Below are positions 13,405 through 25,062 of a stretch of 64,000 bases of DNA, one piece after another. The DNA lies in NCBI GenBank assembly GCA_017499595.2, contig CM038998.1, forward strand, positions 868,001 through 932,000. Direction: 5' to 3'. The position numbers and the translations under genes are program-made. The number at the start of each line of letters is the position of its first letter. Within the stretch, counting starts at the first letter, position 1. The notes under the pieces were generated by a model. The model had not been told where the DNA came from and searched no databases. It was given only the letters and a program-made list of their open reading frames with translations. Source of the DNA: Psilocybe cubensis (Eukaryota).

Positions 13405-13570
13405 AACTGTATGTTATGTTTGACGACTGTATGGTGAGTTCCACGATCCCGCTTCCTCTGATTATTCGAGATAACGAGATTTATGATCTAACTTTCTCTC
13501 AGAGTTCAATGAAAGCTCTTCCGTAGAGGCGGGAAATAGCAGCGGATCTGCATTAGATTGTCCCAAATGA
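13405..13570 (+). pseudogene. 5'-truncated family B remnant
   Basis: KLYVMFDDCM followed by a GTGAGT donor, then EFNESSSVEAGNSSGSA, matching the exon 2 end (MFNIFAECM) and exon 3 (ELDDTSTGESGSGSGSA) of the intact B copy. Confidence 0.6.
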
Positions 13571-13614
13571 TGGTATACTTCTATAGGGCTCTGGGTGATC
13601 GTGTAACAAGAGGG

Positions 13615-14236
13615 TCAACGAAGGTTACGATGGAATACTGCTTGAGATTCCCTTCGAGGATCATTGAGTTCTTTCTCCGCCGCGGCTTTATTCCTTCGCT
13701 CTAATTTATCCAACTTACGGTGGAAATCTTTGTGCGAATCTTCAAGGCTGTAGTAAACGAGCGGTGCTCCAGTCCGTGTTGTGTCGTTTCTTCTTGCCAC
13801 AGCAAATTGCTGGTACAACATGAGATATACAAATATTCAAAGGTAGAAATTGAGATAAAATTACCAAGTAGACCTGAATTTCATTCCACATTCGAACTCG
13901 CAATAAGCTAGGCAGATATTTTCCGTTCCTTTCCGCTTGATTATTCTCTTCCCACGCATAGATCTCGAGAATGAATTTTTTTTTGTTGTCGTCTGGAAGA
14001 TCACTCCAATACTGAAAAGACTTTACAGCCCTCGGCCTACTAATATACCTGTTATACAGTACAGATGAGAGCCAATGTACTACTTACCTTTTGATGTGCT
14101 CTATGCATTCTTCGAATGTACTGCGCAATAGTTCATTGTACGCATTCCACTGTTCTCGCTTCTCGTGTATACCATACTGCTCAAACCTCGCGTTTCTCTC
14201 GGCAAAGATTTCATCCATGACATGACTGTAGGACAT
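13615..14236 (-). CDS. Orphan family A copy 4
   Basis: MSYSHVMDEIFAERNARFEQYGIHEKREQWNAYNELLRSTFEECIEHIK|RYISRPRAVKSFQYWSDLPDDNKKKFILEIY...IQVYL|QFAVARRNDTTRTGAPLVYYSLEDSHKDF. Confidence 0.85.
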
Positions 14237-14333
14237 CTTGAATGTGATGTGAGTATAAGTGTCAAGATCCTAATAGGAAGTAGATCTCCGTTGAGAAGAT
14301 CAATGACCATCGATTGATATGCTGTGAATGGAG

Positions 14334-14351
14334 TTTAAACGGAGCTTCAAA
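14334..14351. promoter_or_regulatory. Conserved family-A upstream motif, copy 4
   Basis: TTTAAACGGAGCTTCAAA, 98 bp from the A4 ATG, inside the A4/B4 divergent spacer. Confidence 0.65.
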
Positions 14352-14747
14352 AGAACCAATATAGGATCCTCCCGACATGGGAAAAGAATCCTCAATTTGA
14401 CATGCAAACACACAGTTTGGACATTTTTCTTAATTTCCATTGTTTTCCTTAGTTTACTTGTATCTAAGATCCTCGATTGACAGTATCATGGGAATTAGCT
14501 ACGGTTCCAGTCTGAATCGCTTCCGATTTCGAACGGGCGTTCATTGATGTGATTTCCTTCTCATGCTTCGACATGACTCAAGTACAACCGTCTGATATTC
14601 CATGCTGCAAACCAGGGATACGGGACTGTGGAAGCTGCTCATCGACGACATATAAAGAGCCAGAAAATTCTCTGTCCAGTACTTGTCCCCCTCTGCTCCT
14701 GTAACCAATACACATCATCTTCAATACCCTTCTAACGAACAAGCAAG

Positions 14748-15286
14748 ATGACGAGCACAAATCAAGCGCAAGACAAGTTCTACTTCAATATACCTTTTGA
14801 CAACCCTCAAGACTTGAATATTCCTTATGTTCTCAAAGAATTCAGGACGTTTTCTCGCATGATGAGAGCGGAGTAATAACCTCTTCTTCTCCCTTCTCCA
14901 TCGCGCAATATTCATTCTTGTTTGTCTATAGAAAAATCGAAAGCCCCACCAGGCGTCTATGGAATAATTTCACTGGTATGAGGGTGACCATGAAGCTTAA
15001 TGCCTACAACAATCAAGATTTCGAGTTCGCCTATGGTGATGTTCAACCGGCAATAACCATGTACGTATTCGAGCACATCTCGGGTAGAGAGAGATATAGG
15101 GTGCGCAAGCAACTGGCCATTCAGATGTTTAACATATTTGCGGAGTGTATGGTATGTAATTTGATCTCACCTTTCTGCATATTCAAGCTGACGAGAATCA
15201 TTCAACTTCTTCCGTAGAATACGCTTGGAATAGAGCTCGATGATACCTCTACTGGCGAGTCTGGAAGCGGCAGTGGATCTGCGTAA
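14748..15286 (+). CDS. Orphan family B copy 4 (~137 aa, 3 exons), head-to-head with A4
   Basis: Exons 14748-14872, 14932-15151 and 15218-15286 splice in frame: MTSTNQAQDKFYFNIPFDNPQDL...YGDVQPAITMYVFE...QMFNIFAECM|NTLG...; TATA-like CATATAAA near 14650. Confidence 0.75.
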
Positions 15287-17063
15287 ATCTATCCGGACAA
15301 TAGCGATTCTTTATAGGATTATAATTTCTATTCTACCAAGTTCCCCGGACACCCGGGAATTTTGTTTTCAATGTTCGTTGATAAATCACATTTCTGTACT
15401 TTCTTATGCTACTGCTGTTGGGGTACATGTGTATCTAGTTAGAGCACTCGCTTTATAACCACCCAGGCTTCTTTATCAGATTGAAAGATTCTAGTAGGTC
15501 CTAAAGGTCATTGTGCGTCAACGTCAGATTCATGAAATATGTCAACGACACCAACTAGGCGACCGCATTCTGCGGCTAAGTCAAATTTGCAAACCCACGT
15601 TGGCGCCCATCTCGGCACTTGCCGATGAAGCATTCCACACCGCTAAGTACATACGTAATCCATAGTATGTAATGAAGTTATCAGTTGATAAGAGGGTCCC
15701 GATACCCCGTTTGGGCAATGGGAGCTTTCTGGCGCACAGTTTGGGGCGCGATGATTGTACAGCTGGCAGACATCTACCTACTAACTTTGGCTGCGACAGG
15801 TAGGTTCCTGCTTGATTCGGACGACGAGGAGTTTTACAGTCCCATGTCATCATGTAGATGGAATAGGAAGCGAAATGGTAATGGTACTCGGGCTCCCACG
15901 TTTGTCCAACAAGGCCTGCGCGCGTGCGCCTTCTACGTCATACTTCACCATACCATACCATAACATATCATAACATACCATTGCAGAGTCGTTGGGCTAA
16001 AATGGTACAGCGGGGCCCAAGCGTCATTTATTTCATCGTCTGTAGTAGTGGGTTATCATAATAATAGCATCATATTGTGTGTTGCGCCTCTTGAAGTAAG
16101 CATAATAAACAGTCTCGAATTGGGCCATTCACCAGTTGAATGGAGTCGGATCTCGTCCAGTATATGAACAGCAACACCCACTGTGACTCGACCGGTATAT
16201 CCTCGACAACCACTCGCCCCGAACATATCTGCGACATTCAAGCGCTCGACGCTCATAATCCCATCATCTATAATCCATAATTGATCCATAATCGAAATCC
16301 ATTATCACTGAAACACCAACATACATACATACCCACACCTACCAGCCCTTATCGCCAGCTACATACTACCCCGAGACACAGACGCACCGGTGCACCTCAA
16401 GCATCAAGTAACCTACTTTGCGGCACCAGTACCACACCCCCCTAAGGGAGCAACGGTGACATAATCATTACGCCCCTATCTAAAGCAGTAACCACCACTC
16501 TCCGCGAGCATCTCTAAACGGTCGTCCGCGCATTGCGTGCTTGTGACTGAAACAAAGCCCACCCACCTTGGTCCTTGTTTCTCTTTCTTAATACTCCCAA
16601 CACCCGACGATATCCCAAGGATTCCCTTTTTAACCCCTTCATACGCGTACCCGGTTAGTCTTGCTTCTGCTGGCATGTGCTTATCTCTGACTCGACGCTG
16701 CTTCAGTGTCCATAAACAACCCATTCCGAAGCCAGCCCGAAACTTCCGCCTCCCCGTCCTCGTTTACTTCATCCCCCTCGCGATAAGCTTCAAATAATAA
16801 AGCCACGCCGTGATCCCTTGATCCAGTGAGGTATTTCCATCTTGTGTGTTGGCGTCGAGGCTGATTTGCTCTTGGTGCGTGTCGTCGAAGCAGCATCTAC
16901 AGAGAATTTGAATCGTACCACATACCCTTATCGTTGACTCTTTCGACGCTTCGTACACCATAATACCCGCATACCGCATACCGTAATCCGACCAGGTTTT
17001 ATAATTCGCATCCCATCTTATAATCCAAATAATACCAACACACCACCATACCAATTAACGACC

Positions 17064-18017
17064 ATGTCTCCCGCCCGCTCGCGTTCTTCCGCTCTCGCTG
17101 CTTTTGTCGGTGCCAAAGGCAGAGGTAACTCCACCCCAGACGCCGGGTCAAAGTCAAAGACGAAATCCAAATCCAAGGCCAAGTCAAAGGCCGCAGCCGC
17201 CCAATCCAAAGAGATTGAAATCGAGTTCGAGACTGAGGCGGGTAAGAAGTGGACAAAGGGGAAGAGTGGGAGTACAGCGTGTGCGCCGTTCAAGCCGGCG
17301 AATGGGGTTGAGAAGGAGGTGATGTGGGAAGCGCAGGATACGGCGGTTGCTGTGGATGTAAGCCTCGATGTTACACCTGCATCGAAGCCTGTGTCCAGTC
17401 ATCCTCCACCACCGGGATTACCTGTGAGAACGGGGAGTCTGAAGGCTCGGGCGGACGCTAGCAAGGGGAATGACGGCAAGGAGAATGAGGGCACGGGGAA
17501 GAAGGAAGAGGTGGACGACGACGACGACATGGGGCTAAGTGCTCGGGATGTGCGTGCGTACGAGCACGAACGGCAACGGGTGAAGAAGGCAGAGGAAAGA
17601 GCGGCCAGGATGGCGAGGAAGGAGATTCAGAAGGCGCATATAGTCGCAGGCGGTGGTAGTGGAAGAGGCGCCAAGGCGTGGGAGGATGCGGAGTACGTCG
17701 TGCACTCGTCAGCGAAGGCGCACAAGAGGGCAGAGGACGACCGTCACACTGTTGTCACACCGGCGGCAAAGCGCAGCGGGGAGGAGATTTCGCTCTCCGA
17801 CCTCGTCAAGCTCAAGCCGAAGAGCCGTGGACAGCGGGCGGGGCGTGAAGAGGAGTTTGAGCTGGTGCCGGCCGTGCGGGCTGTGATCGTGCTCGACGAG
17901 GCCGAGTTCGGCAGCGGAAAGCGGGATATGGAAGTCGATGATTGGGAGTGCGTGGATGTCGAGGTCAAGGAGGGTTTGTCCTACGCCCAAGTCGTTCTTG
18001 GGTTGCACATCGATTGA
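17064..18017 (+). CDS. Hypothetical protein, charged/low-complexity, single ORF
   Basis: 317-codon GC-rich ORF with coding-like codon bias; C-terminal EFELVPAVRAVIVLDE...DDWECV...LSYAQVV segment; no function recognised. Confidence 0.7.
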   Translation: MSPARSRSSALAAFVGAKGRGNSTPDAGSKSKTKSKSKAKSKAAAAQSKEIEIEFETEAGKKWTKGKSGSTACAPFKPANGVEKEVMWEAQDTAVAVDVSLDVTPASKPVSSHPPPPGLPVRTGSLKARADASKGNDGKENEGTGKKEEVDDDDDMGLSARDVRAYEHERQRVKKAEERAARMARKEIQKAHIVAGGGSGRGAKAWEDAEYVVHSSAKAHKRAEDDRHTVVTPAAKRSGEEISLSDLVKLKPKSRGQRAGREEEFELVPAVRAVIVLDEAEFGSGKRDMEVDDWECVDVEVKEGLSYAQVVLGLHID

Positions 18018-18843
18018 TTGATTTTTACTGATTACGATGGGAATGTAATGTAATGTATAATATATATCATAGTGTACTTTGTAGGTCAGATTTCTCTCAA
18101 GGGTGAAAACCGTGAACAAACAAAACCAAACTCCATCGATGGTCGCGAGCGTTTTCGTACTCTTCTACTTTTGTACCCCTTTGTACTCTCCTATCAACCT
18201 TTTTAGCTCTGGTAGCTAAATCGGGCGTATACTGTCTGCAAGAAACTCTTTCAATGAAATCTCCTGTGCTATGTAAAATCACCATAACTGGCACAAGGCC
18301 GAGTGCCACACCATCCCTGAGGTCAAATATATGCGCATTTATGAAGAAAAAGAATCCAGATAATTGTGTACAGCTAGTTCTTAATGTTTACAGATACATC
18401 AAGGATTTTGAACCCGTATCTCCCTTGAGTGACACCAACATGAGCATGACACAACGAAGTTGTGGTTTTGAAGTACCGCAATTTGTGGGAGTACGCCAAG
18501 GCGAGCGAACCACACCGACGAGGATGCGTATTCTATTCATCCACCATCATCCCTCCTCATGATCATTCACTCGTCCAATCAATATATACAGGCTATTGCT
18601 CCTCCTCCGCAAAGTGGGAGACATAACCAGGTCAGAAGCAAGCCAATGGCATGTAACTGTTACTGATAAAAGTACATTTTGTTGGAATGCTATGAGCGTA
18701 GCAAAACTCATTTAGACTCATGTACGGAAAAGCCAAGAGGCTTTTCAACTGCATGAAGACTCTGTTTTTTAATTTTCCGTAATTAATTACGGATATTGGA
18801 CCACCTCAATTACAGTCAATTATCCATCTCTCGGCCGATGCGT

Positions 18844-18878
18844 CTTCAAGCTTCAAGCTTCAAGCTTCAACGTTCAAT
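18844..18878. repeat. 7-bp tandem repeat (CTTCAAG)x3 plus two degenerate units
   Basis: cttcaag cttcaag cttcaag cttcaac gttcaat read directly. Confidence 0.8.
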
Positions 18879-19257
18879 GTTAGGATTGGAGATATGGCTT
18901 ATGAGCGCAAGTGTGTGAATAATTGGTGATGTGATGACAAAAGGGGAATTAGCAACGAGGCTCAAGCTCTGAACAAATATCAAAACAAGAAACACGTTTT
19001 CGGATGCTCCTTGCTGCACGGATTCAGATACTCGAAATCCTCCTTGCTTCTCCCACCCACCAGCGGTGGAACGATACGAACAGATTTCATTGACGGTGAG
19101 TGTGCAACAACCCCACAGTTTCCCAGGACCCATCACACGATCATCAACCTAAACCCCTTCCATCTTCCTTCCGATATAGTTCGTTCATATCTCTTGAACT
19201 GGACACCGTCCTTCCACCCCAGCATCCGACCCGGCCTGATTCAGTCTAGTTCTGTGC

Positions 19258-22200
19258 ATGGCCCCCAACTTTCTCCAAAAGTTCGTCAAGTCTAGCACCA
19301 CTTCGACCAACTCTAGCAACAATACACCGCGGGAAAGAGTCTCTTCGGACGTATATTCGTCTCTGCGCTCGCCGAGTGAGACCGGATCGTCTTCTTCTCA
19401 AGCGCATTCGAGCGGAAGCGGGAGTGGGACCACTTCACCTGGAGGAAGAGCACGCGCGGCGACGATTCAGACAGCGAGCGGCTCCTCATCTTCGCTTACC
19501 TCGCCGACTACGCCGACCCAGGCGAGTGTCATCTTAAAGGGTGTACAACAACAACAACAGCAAGCGCAATCGGGGAGGAGGTCGCCGTCAAGAAGGAGCA
19601 GCACCAACAACAGCAGCGACAGGGAGCGTGAGACGAGTCGAATTCCGAGCATTATCACGACGCTGAGCGGGCGCAGTCGGAGCAAGGGCAGCAAGGACAA
19701 GGAGAAAGAGAAGAAGAAGAAATCGGACAAGGAGAAGAACGCTAACGCAAACCGCGACTCCCTCACCGTTCAGAACCACCACACCCCCCTTAGCGCCGGC
19801 GACCGCACGAGCTGGGGCAGCGCGTACAGCTCTCAGCCTAACTTTACAATCGTCCCGCCCTCGCCGCTTGTGCGTAACGGGGATTTATATTCATCTGATT
19901 CGGACGCCTACGACAACGAAAACGACAACGACGCCGCCACAACCCACTCGAACACAAACACGAACTTCAACGGCGCGAGCCCGAACACAGCGGAGGATCA
20001 GGATAGCGCTGCGACGCCTACTTTGCCGAGCTTTAGTGGTAGCGCGAGCCAGTCAGGGGCATCAAAAAACATCCACGGTGAGTCTCATGTCGTGTCATGT
20101 TGGCTTTTTGCTGCCGCGCTGCGCTCCGTCATCACTTTAACTTGCACTTTCGCTTTCGCTTGTACTCCTCGACTCTTTATCATACCATTCATACCTGCTA
20201 TCGGCTTGTTTCTTGCTTTCGTCGCTTCTGCTCTCGTCCCCGTTCCCAATCCCACGCTCCGCCCCTTTCACTTTCCCTTTCTCTTTCCTTGAATACCTAA
20301 TTCTTTACTCGGGTACACCGTGCTAACCCTCTCTTCCCCCAGCCACTCCCTCAAATTCAACATCCAGCACGTCCTCTACTCCTAACACCTCTTCCTCCTT
20401 TACCAACAACTCCTCTCATACCTCTTCGTCCAATACCAACACATCCAACACCTCTGACCACGACGCCTCCGACCACGACATGTCCAACCTTGCCCCCGGC
20501 GCATACCAAGTCCGCAAAAAACCCTCGAACCGTTCCATCAAAAACGGCGCTGCGCCTCCCGAAATCAACGTAGCGGCCGCAGCCGCGACGCTGGGCGGTG
20601 CGCCGCAGGCCGTGAACGGGAGCACAGCAAATGGCAGTGGTGAGGGAGCAGGAGGGGAAGAGCCAGTGAACGGCGCGGTGACGCAGCGCCCGATAGTGGA
20701 AAGTCCAACGGACTTAAAATTCCCTGCACCTGCCTCGTCTGGGAGCGGGATGACAGCATCGACCTCCACCTCTACGACCGCCTCCTCTGCAAACTCGAAC
20801 CTCGGCGCTCCGTCCTCATCAACCACCCTCCAGCGCGAAAACACAACCTCGTCATTGTTCTCCCCTGACGCCACAACCAAAAGCAAACGACCGTGGAAGC
20901 GCAGCACGACGCGCAAACCCACCGGCCTCGCGAGCGCTATTGCAGCGAGCGGGCTGGCAATGGCGAACCCGTCGCTGAGCGCGGCGCAGAGTGCGCAGAT
21001 GCCCGTTGTACCTGTCCCGCCGCCGGCGCTGTCTGCTGGGAGCTCGAAGGACAAGGATAGCAATGACCCGTACCTGTCGAGAAGCCCTGCGCAGAGTGCT
21101 GTGAGTACAGGTAAAGGCCGGCATACTAAAAGCAGAAGTGGAGAAACGTCACCGCGCAGCTCAAAGTCTCGGAAATCGAGCATGGGCTCGCCGCCGAGGA
21201 GCGGGACGGGGCGGTCGCGGCGCGCGTCGTCTGCAAAGTCGACGGATGAATTTGGCGCGCTCCATCCTTCGTCGTCTAACCGCGCGAATGGTGGCAACGA
21301 TGACACTGGCTCGAATATCTCTCGGCGACCGTCGTTCTACAAGTCACTGATCTCGCATTCGTCGTCGGGTTCGTCGGATTCGGATTCGGATTCGGGGAGT
21401 GTGGATAGTAGTGATTTGGATATTGGGGAGGAGGATATACCTGTGACTGGATTTGCGGTGGCGAGCAATAAGAGGAATGCAGACTTTCATGAATTGTTTC
21501 CTGGGGTGCCGGAGGGTGATTATTTGATTGAAGGTACGTGATTTTTTCCAAGTTGGATGTTGAGCGATTGATGCTTATAATTGATTTTTGGTGGGTGGTA
21601 GATTATGGATGTGCTTTGCAAAGGGAAATCCTCATCCAAGGCAGGATATATATATCCGAAAACCATATTTGCTTCCATGCAAATATTTTTGGGTGGATTA
21701 CGGATGTGAGTGTTTCGCTACATTTTTCTGTTCTTTTCTTGTCTTTGTATTTCATCGGAACCTCGTTTCTGCTTTCTTCTTTGCTTTTCTGCCTTTGCTT
21801 CTTGGAATCCTGGGGACGTTGGGTTCATTTGAGCTGGTTAACATATCTGCATGTTCTTCATCCCGCCGTCTCCATCAACATTATGTTTGATTTCCTCCTT
21901 TCGCAAATCGTGCACCTCCTCCACATAAATCACATATCACACCTACTAAAGTAGGTCGAAATCTCGTTGTTTGTGATGTTGGGTAGTGTAAGGTGTGAAG
22001 GGCCGGTGCGACACGCGATTTGCTATGTGTTATGTTAGTGGGCCGTTTCCCGGCCAGGAAGGTTTCGAATCCTGCGTATGATGCGCGTGGTTGGTAGTGG
22101 AAATGTCCTGGTTCATATTCTGGTGCATTGACCTGGTTATTTTGTTGATTTCTCTCTCTTTCTCTTTGATTTCTTAACTTTCTTTAATAATTTGATGACT

Positions 22201-24282
22201 GCAATCCAAATTTTGGAGGGAGATGGCGGACATGACGCTGTGCAGGTCTCAGCGTCTAGTTCGTTCACGCTTGTATCTTCTTCGTCTGGGTCTTTGTTAA
22301 CGTCGGCGGTAGCACCCGACGCGAACTGCTCTATCTCCTCTTCTCTGGATACCTCTTCCTCTTCAAAAACAAATGCTGACTCTTCTTCCCCCTCTCCCCC
22401 TACCCCCACCACCTCTCTCTTTGCCTACCTAACCCACCAGCTTTCCATCCCCATCTACGAAATCACCTCGCTTGAGAAGAAAATGACAGCCTTCGTCATC
22501 CCGAACGGAATCCAAATCACCACGCGTCAGGCCAAGTACACCTTTGCATCCTTCCTCTCCAGAGACACAACGTTTGATGTCATCTATAACATCTGGAGGC
22601 TCGCAAGGCCGGAGGACAATGTGTCGTATCTGTCAAGTGGGCGAGGGTCCGGGTCTGTGGAGGCGAATCAGGGTGCGGTTGGGAGAAAGGCCATGGATGG
22701 GGCGCCGTCGACGAATGCTAGTGGGGGTGCGCCTGCTGCTGCTGCTGCAGCTGCGCCATCTGCACTGACAGGGGTGCCGCAGCGAAAGGCGACGCAATGC
22801 ACATGTGGAAAGGAGAACAAGCATTATTCGGAGATGGCGATGGACGTGACCTTCCCTGGTACACCCGAGAAGATCAATAGTTTGATGTTCACGAGCGGGT
22901 TTATCAAGGATTTCATGGTTGGGAACCAGAAGCTGCTTGGTGAGTTTTTTTTTTCCTGTTTCACTTACACAAACCGCATCTTCTGAACTATGTGCTTCCT
23001 TCATGTAGACATCCAAATGTCCGACTGGTCGCCCGTCGTTCCAGGTTCCAAGCTGCTCACGCGCAACTTCTCCTACATCAAACCACTAAACGGCTCGCTC
23101 GGCCCGAAGCAAACGAAGTGTGAGCTCAAAGACGAGATGGTGTACTGCGATTACGACAACTATGTGTCGACGGTGACTACGACGCGTACGCCGGATGTGC
23201 CGAGCGGGGGCGTGTTTTCGGTCAAGACACGGACGTGTGTGACGTGGGCGGGCCCGATTAGTACGAGGGTGTTAGTGACGACGCAGGTGGAGTGGACGGG
23301 AAGGAGCTTCATCAAAGGTGGGTGGCTCGTCTTTTATCACCGTTGTGGCTGGCTGGCTGTCTTCCAGCTGACCTGCGCGTGGGTGCACAGTTGGATGTGC
23401 TTCCGTGTCAATTAATGATTATCATTCATATTTGATCAAATTGGCTGATACACTTTTGGACTTGTAGGTATCATCGAACGCTCTGCCATCGACGGGCAAA
23501 AGGTTTACCACGCTGAACTTGAAAAGTGCATGCGCTCATACATCCAAGAACACAAATCCGAGTTCTTGCCAGAGGGCATCGATGCATCCGCTGTCACCCC
23601 CGCCGAGGCTGCGCCCGCGCCCTCTGCTCCCGATGCCACGACGGCAGCTGCTGAGTCACCCTCGGAGAAGCCCTCGCCAACCCAAGACGAGCTGAAACAG
23701 CGCGAACGCGAGCGTAACGCGCGCGGGTTGCAGTGGGCGTGGGATACGTTCGATGGCGCGTGGCAGGTCGCGCTGCGCAGCACTAAGGGCGCGTTAGAGC
23801 TTATCCGCGACGCGTGGGACCAGAGCTCGAGCACGACGATTCTGTGGTTTGTCATTGTTGTACTGGTGCTGAGCAATATCTGGACGCTTATGCGCATGGG
23901 CTCCGGCCGCGCGCAGGCGGACCGCAAAATTGAGGTGCGCAAGGTCGAGGAGAGGGAGAAGTGGGTGCAAAGCATCGTTACGGCACTGTGGGATGAGTTG
24001 AATGAGAAGGCTGCGGAAGCAGGGAAGCCCGGGTTGCCATATAGACATGGGCATGGGCAGCCTGTACGACCTGTGGCGTCGGAACAGGTGCCGTTGGAGA
24101 CGATACCTACAGCGTCGGTCTTGCCATATCCCGAAGACGACCTGGAAGCGCGCAGGGTAAGAAAGGCTCATCTTGAGCTGGAAGTCCAACAGCTATACCA
24201 GTCCCTCGAGGCTCTCGAACAACGGGTGCAAAGCATTAAGCAAACCCTGGCAAACGATCTGGTTATAGATCAACTGGATTAA
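19258..24282 (+). CDS. LAM/Ltc (Ysp2/Lam4-like) GRAM + VASt/StARkin sterol-transfer protein with C-terminal TM anchor
   Basis: GRAM: KRNADFHELFPGVPEGDYLIE|DYGCALQREILIQGRIYISENHICFHANIFGWITD|LSIPIYEITSLEKKMTAFVIPNGI...FASFLSRDTTFDVI. VASt: YIKPLNGSLGPKQTKC...TPDVPSGGVFSVKTRTC. TM: ILWFVIVVLVLSNIW, then a coiled-coil tail. Confidence 0.93.
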
Positions 24283-25062
24283 GTGCAATACAGACAAAAG
24301 GCTCTGCGCCGATACATTTATTTTCCTCCCGAGTTGGACTCTTATATTTATTTATTCTCTCCCCCTTTTCATATGGTCCTCGTCATTCTCTCGGTTGTTC
24401 TGTTCTGTTCTGTCATCTGTCCTGTTTTTATCGATCCTCATGCTGGTAACAGGCCTTCACAAATGGTTTCTTTCCGTCTCCAGGTTCAAACCTCTCATAT
24501 TTGCCTGCCTATCTTTCATGATCAATACCCTTGCTACAAACGATCACCCTCGGGCACATCCATTCCTTGTCTTTCTTTACTCTGCTTATCTTTCCGTTCG
24601 CGGGCTCCAGCATTTTTCATGACCACAAGCATGTTGCTCATTCATAGGAGCCTTGTTACATTCCTATCCACCATACACCAATCTACCTCCTTGATACACG
24701 CGCGCATGTCACGACCCATTATGTCCACCCCCCACCTTGATTATGATTAGTGTTCATATTTTTTCTGTCGTTTTGTTTCTTTTCTGGCTATCCCAAATGT
24801 GGTTTGGTATTCATACTAGAAACTTTACCAAAAATGCACACCTTTCTGCACTGCATTTGTGGTCGCAAGCCATGTTCGATTGAAGTTGGCCACAACAGGT
24901 GAAAGAAGATGCAATAATTAATTGATAACGATGACATGAATAACGAGGAGTTGGTACATGTTGGTATGTATGACCTACTGTCAATAAGTAATAAGTATAC
25001 AAAGAGTCTGTGATTGTACGAATAAAACATCATGAGAGTCAGTATGAGAAAGTTTAGCCAAG

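Noticed and set aside
7800-15286. HD1/HD2 mating-type locus
   Set aside because: The divergent-pair layout is similar, but the proteins are under 200 aa and lack any homeodomain WFxNxR motif; no MIP or beta-fg flanking gene is in the window.
15480-16300. Possible gene or pseudogene fragments
   Set aside because: Short frames with stops and no recognisable homology; cannot be supported without a search.
22060-22075. tRNA T-loop-like GGTTTCGAATCC in the LAM intron
   Set aside because: Extra base and no acceptor or anticodon stems.
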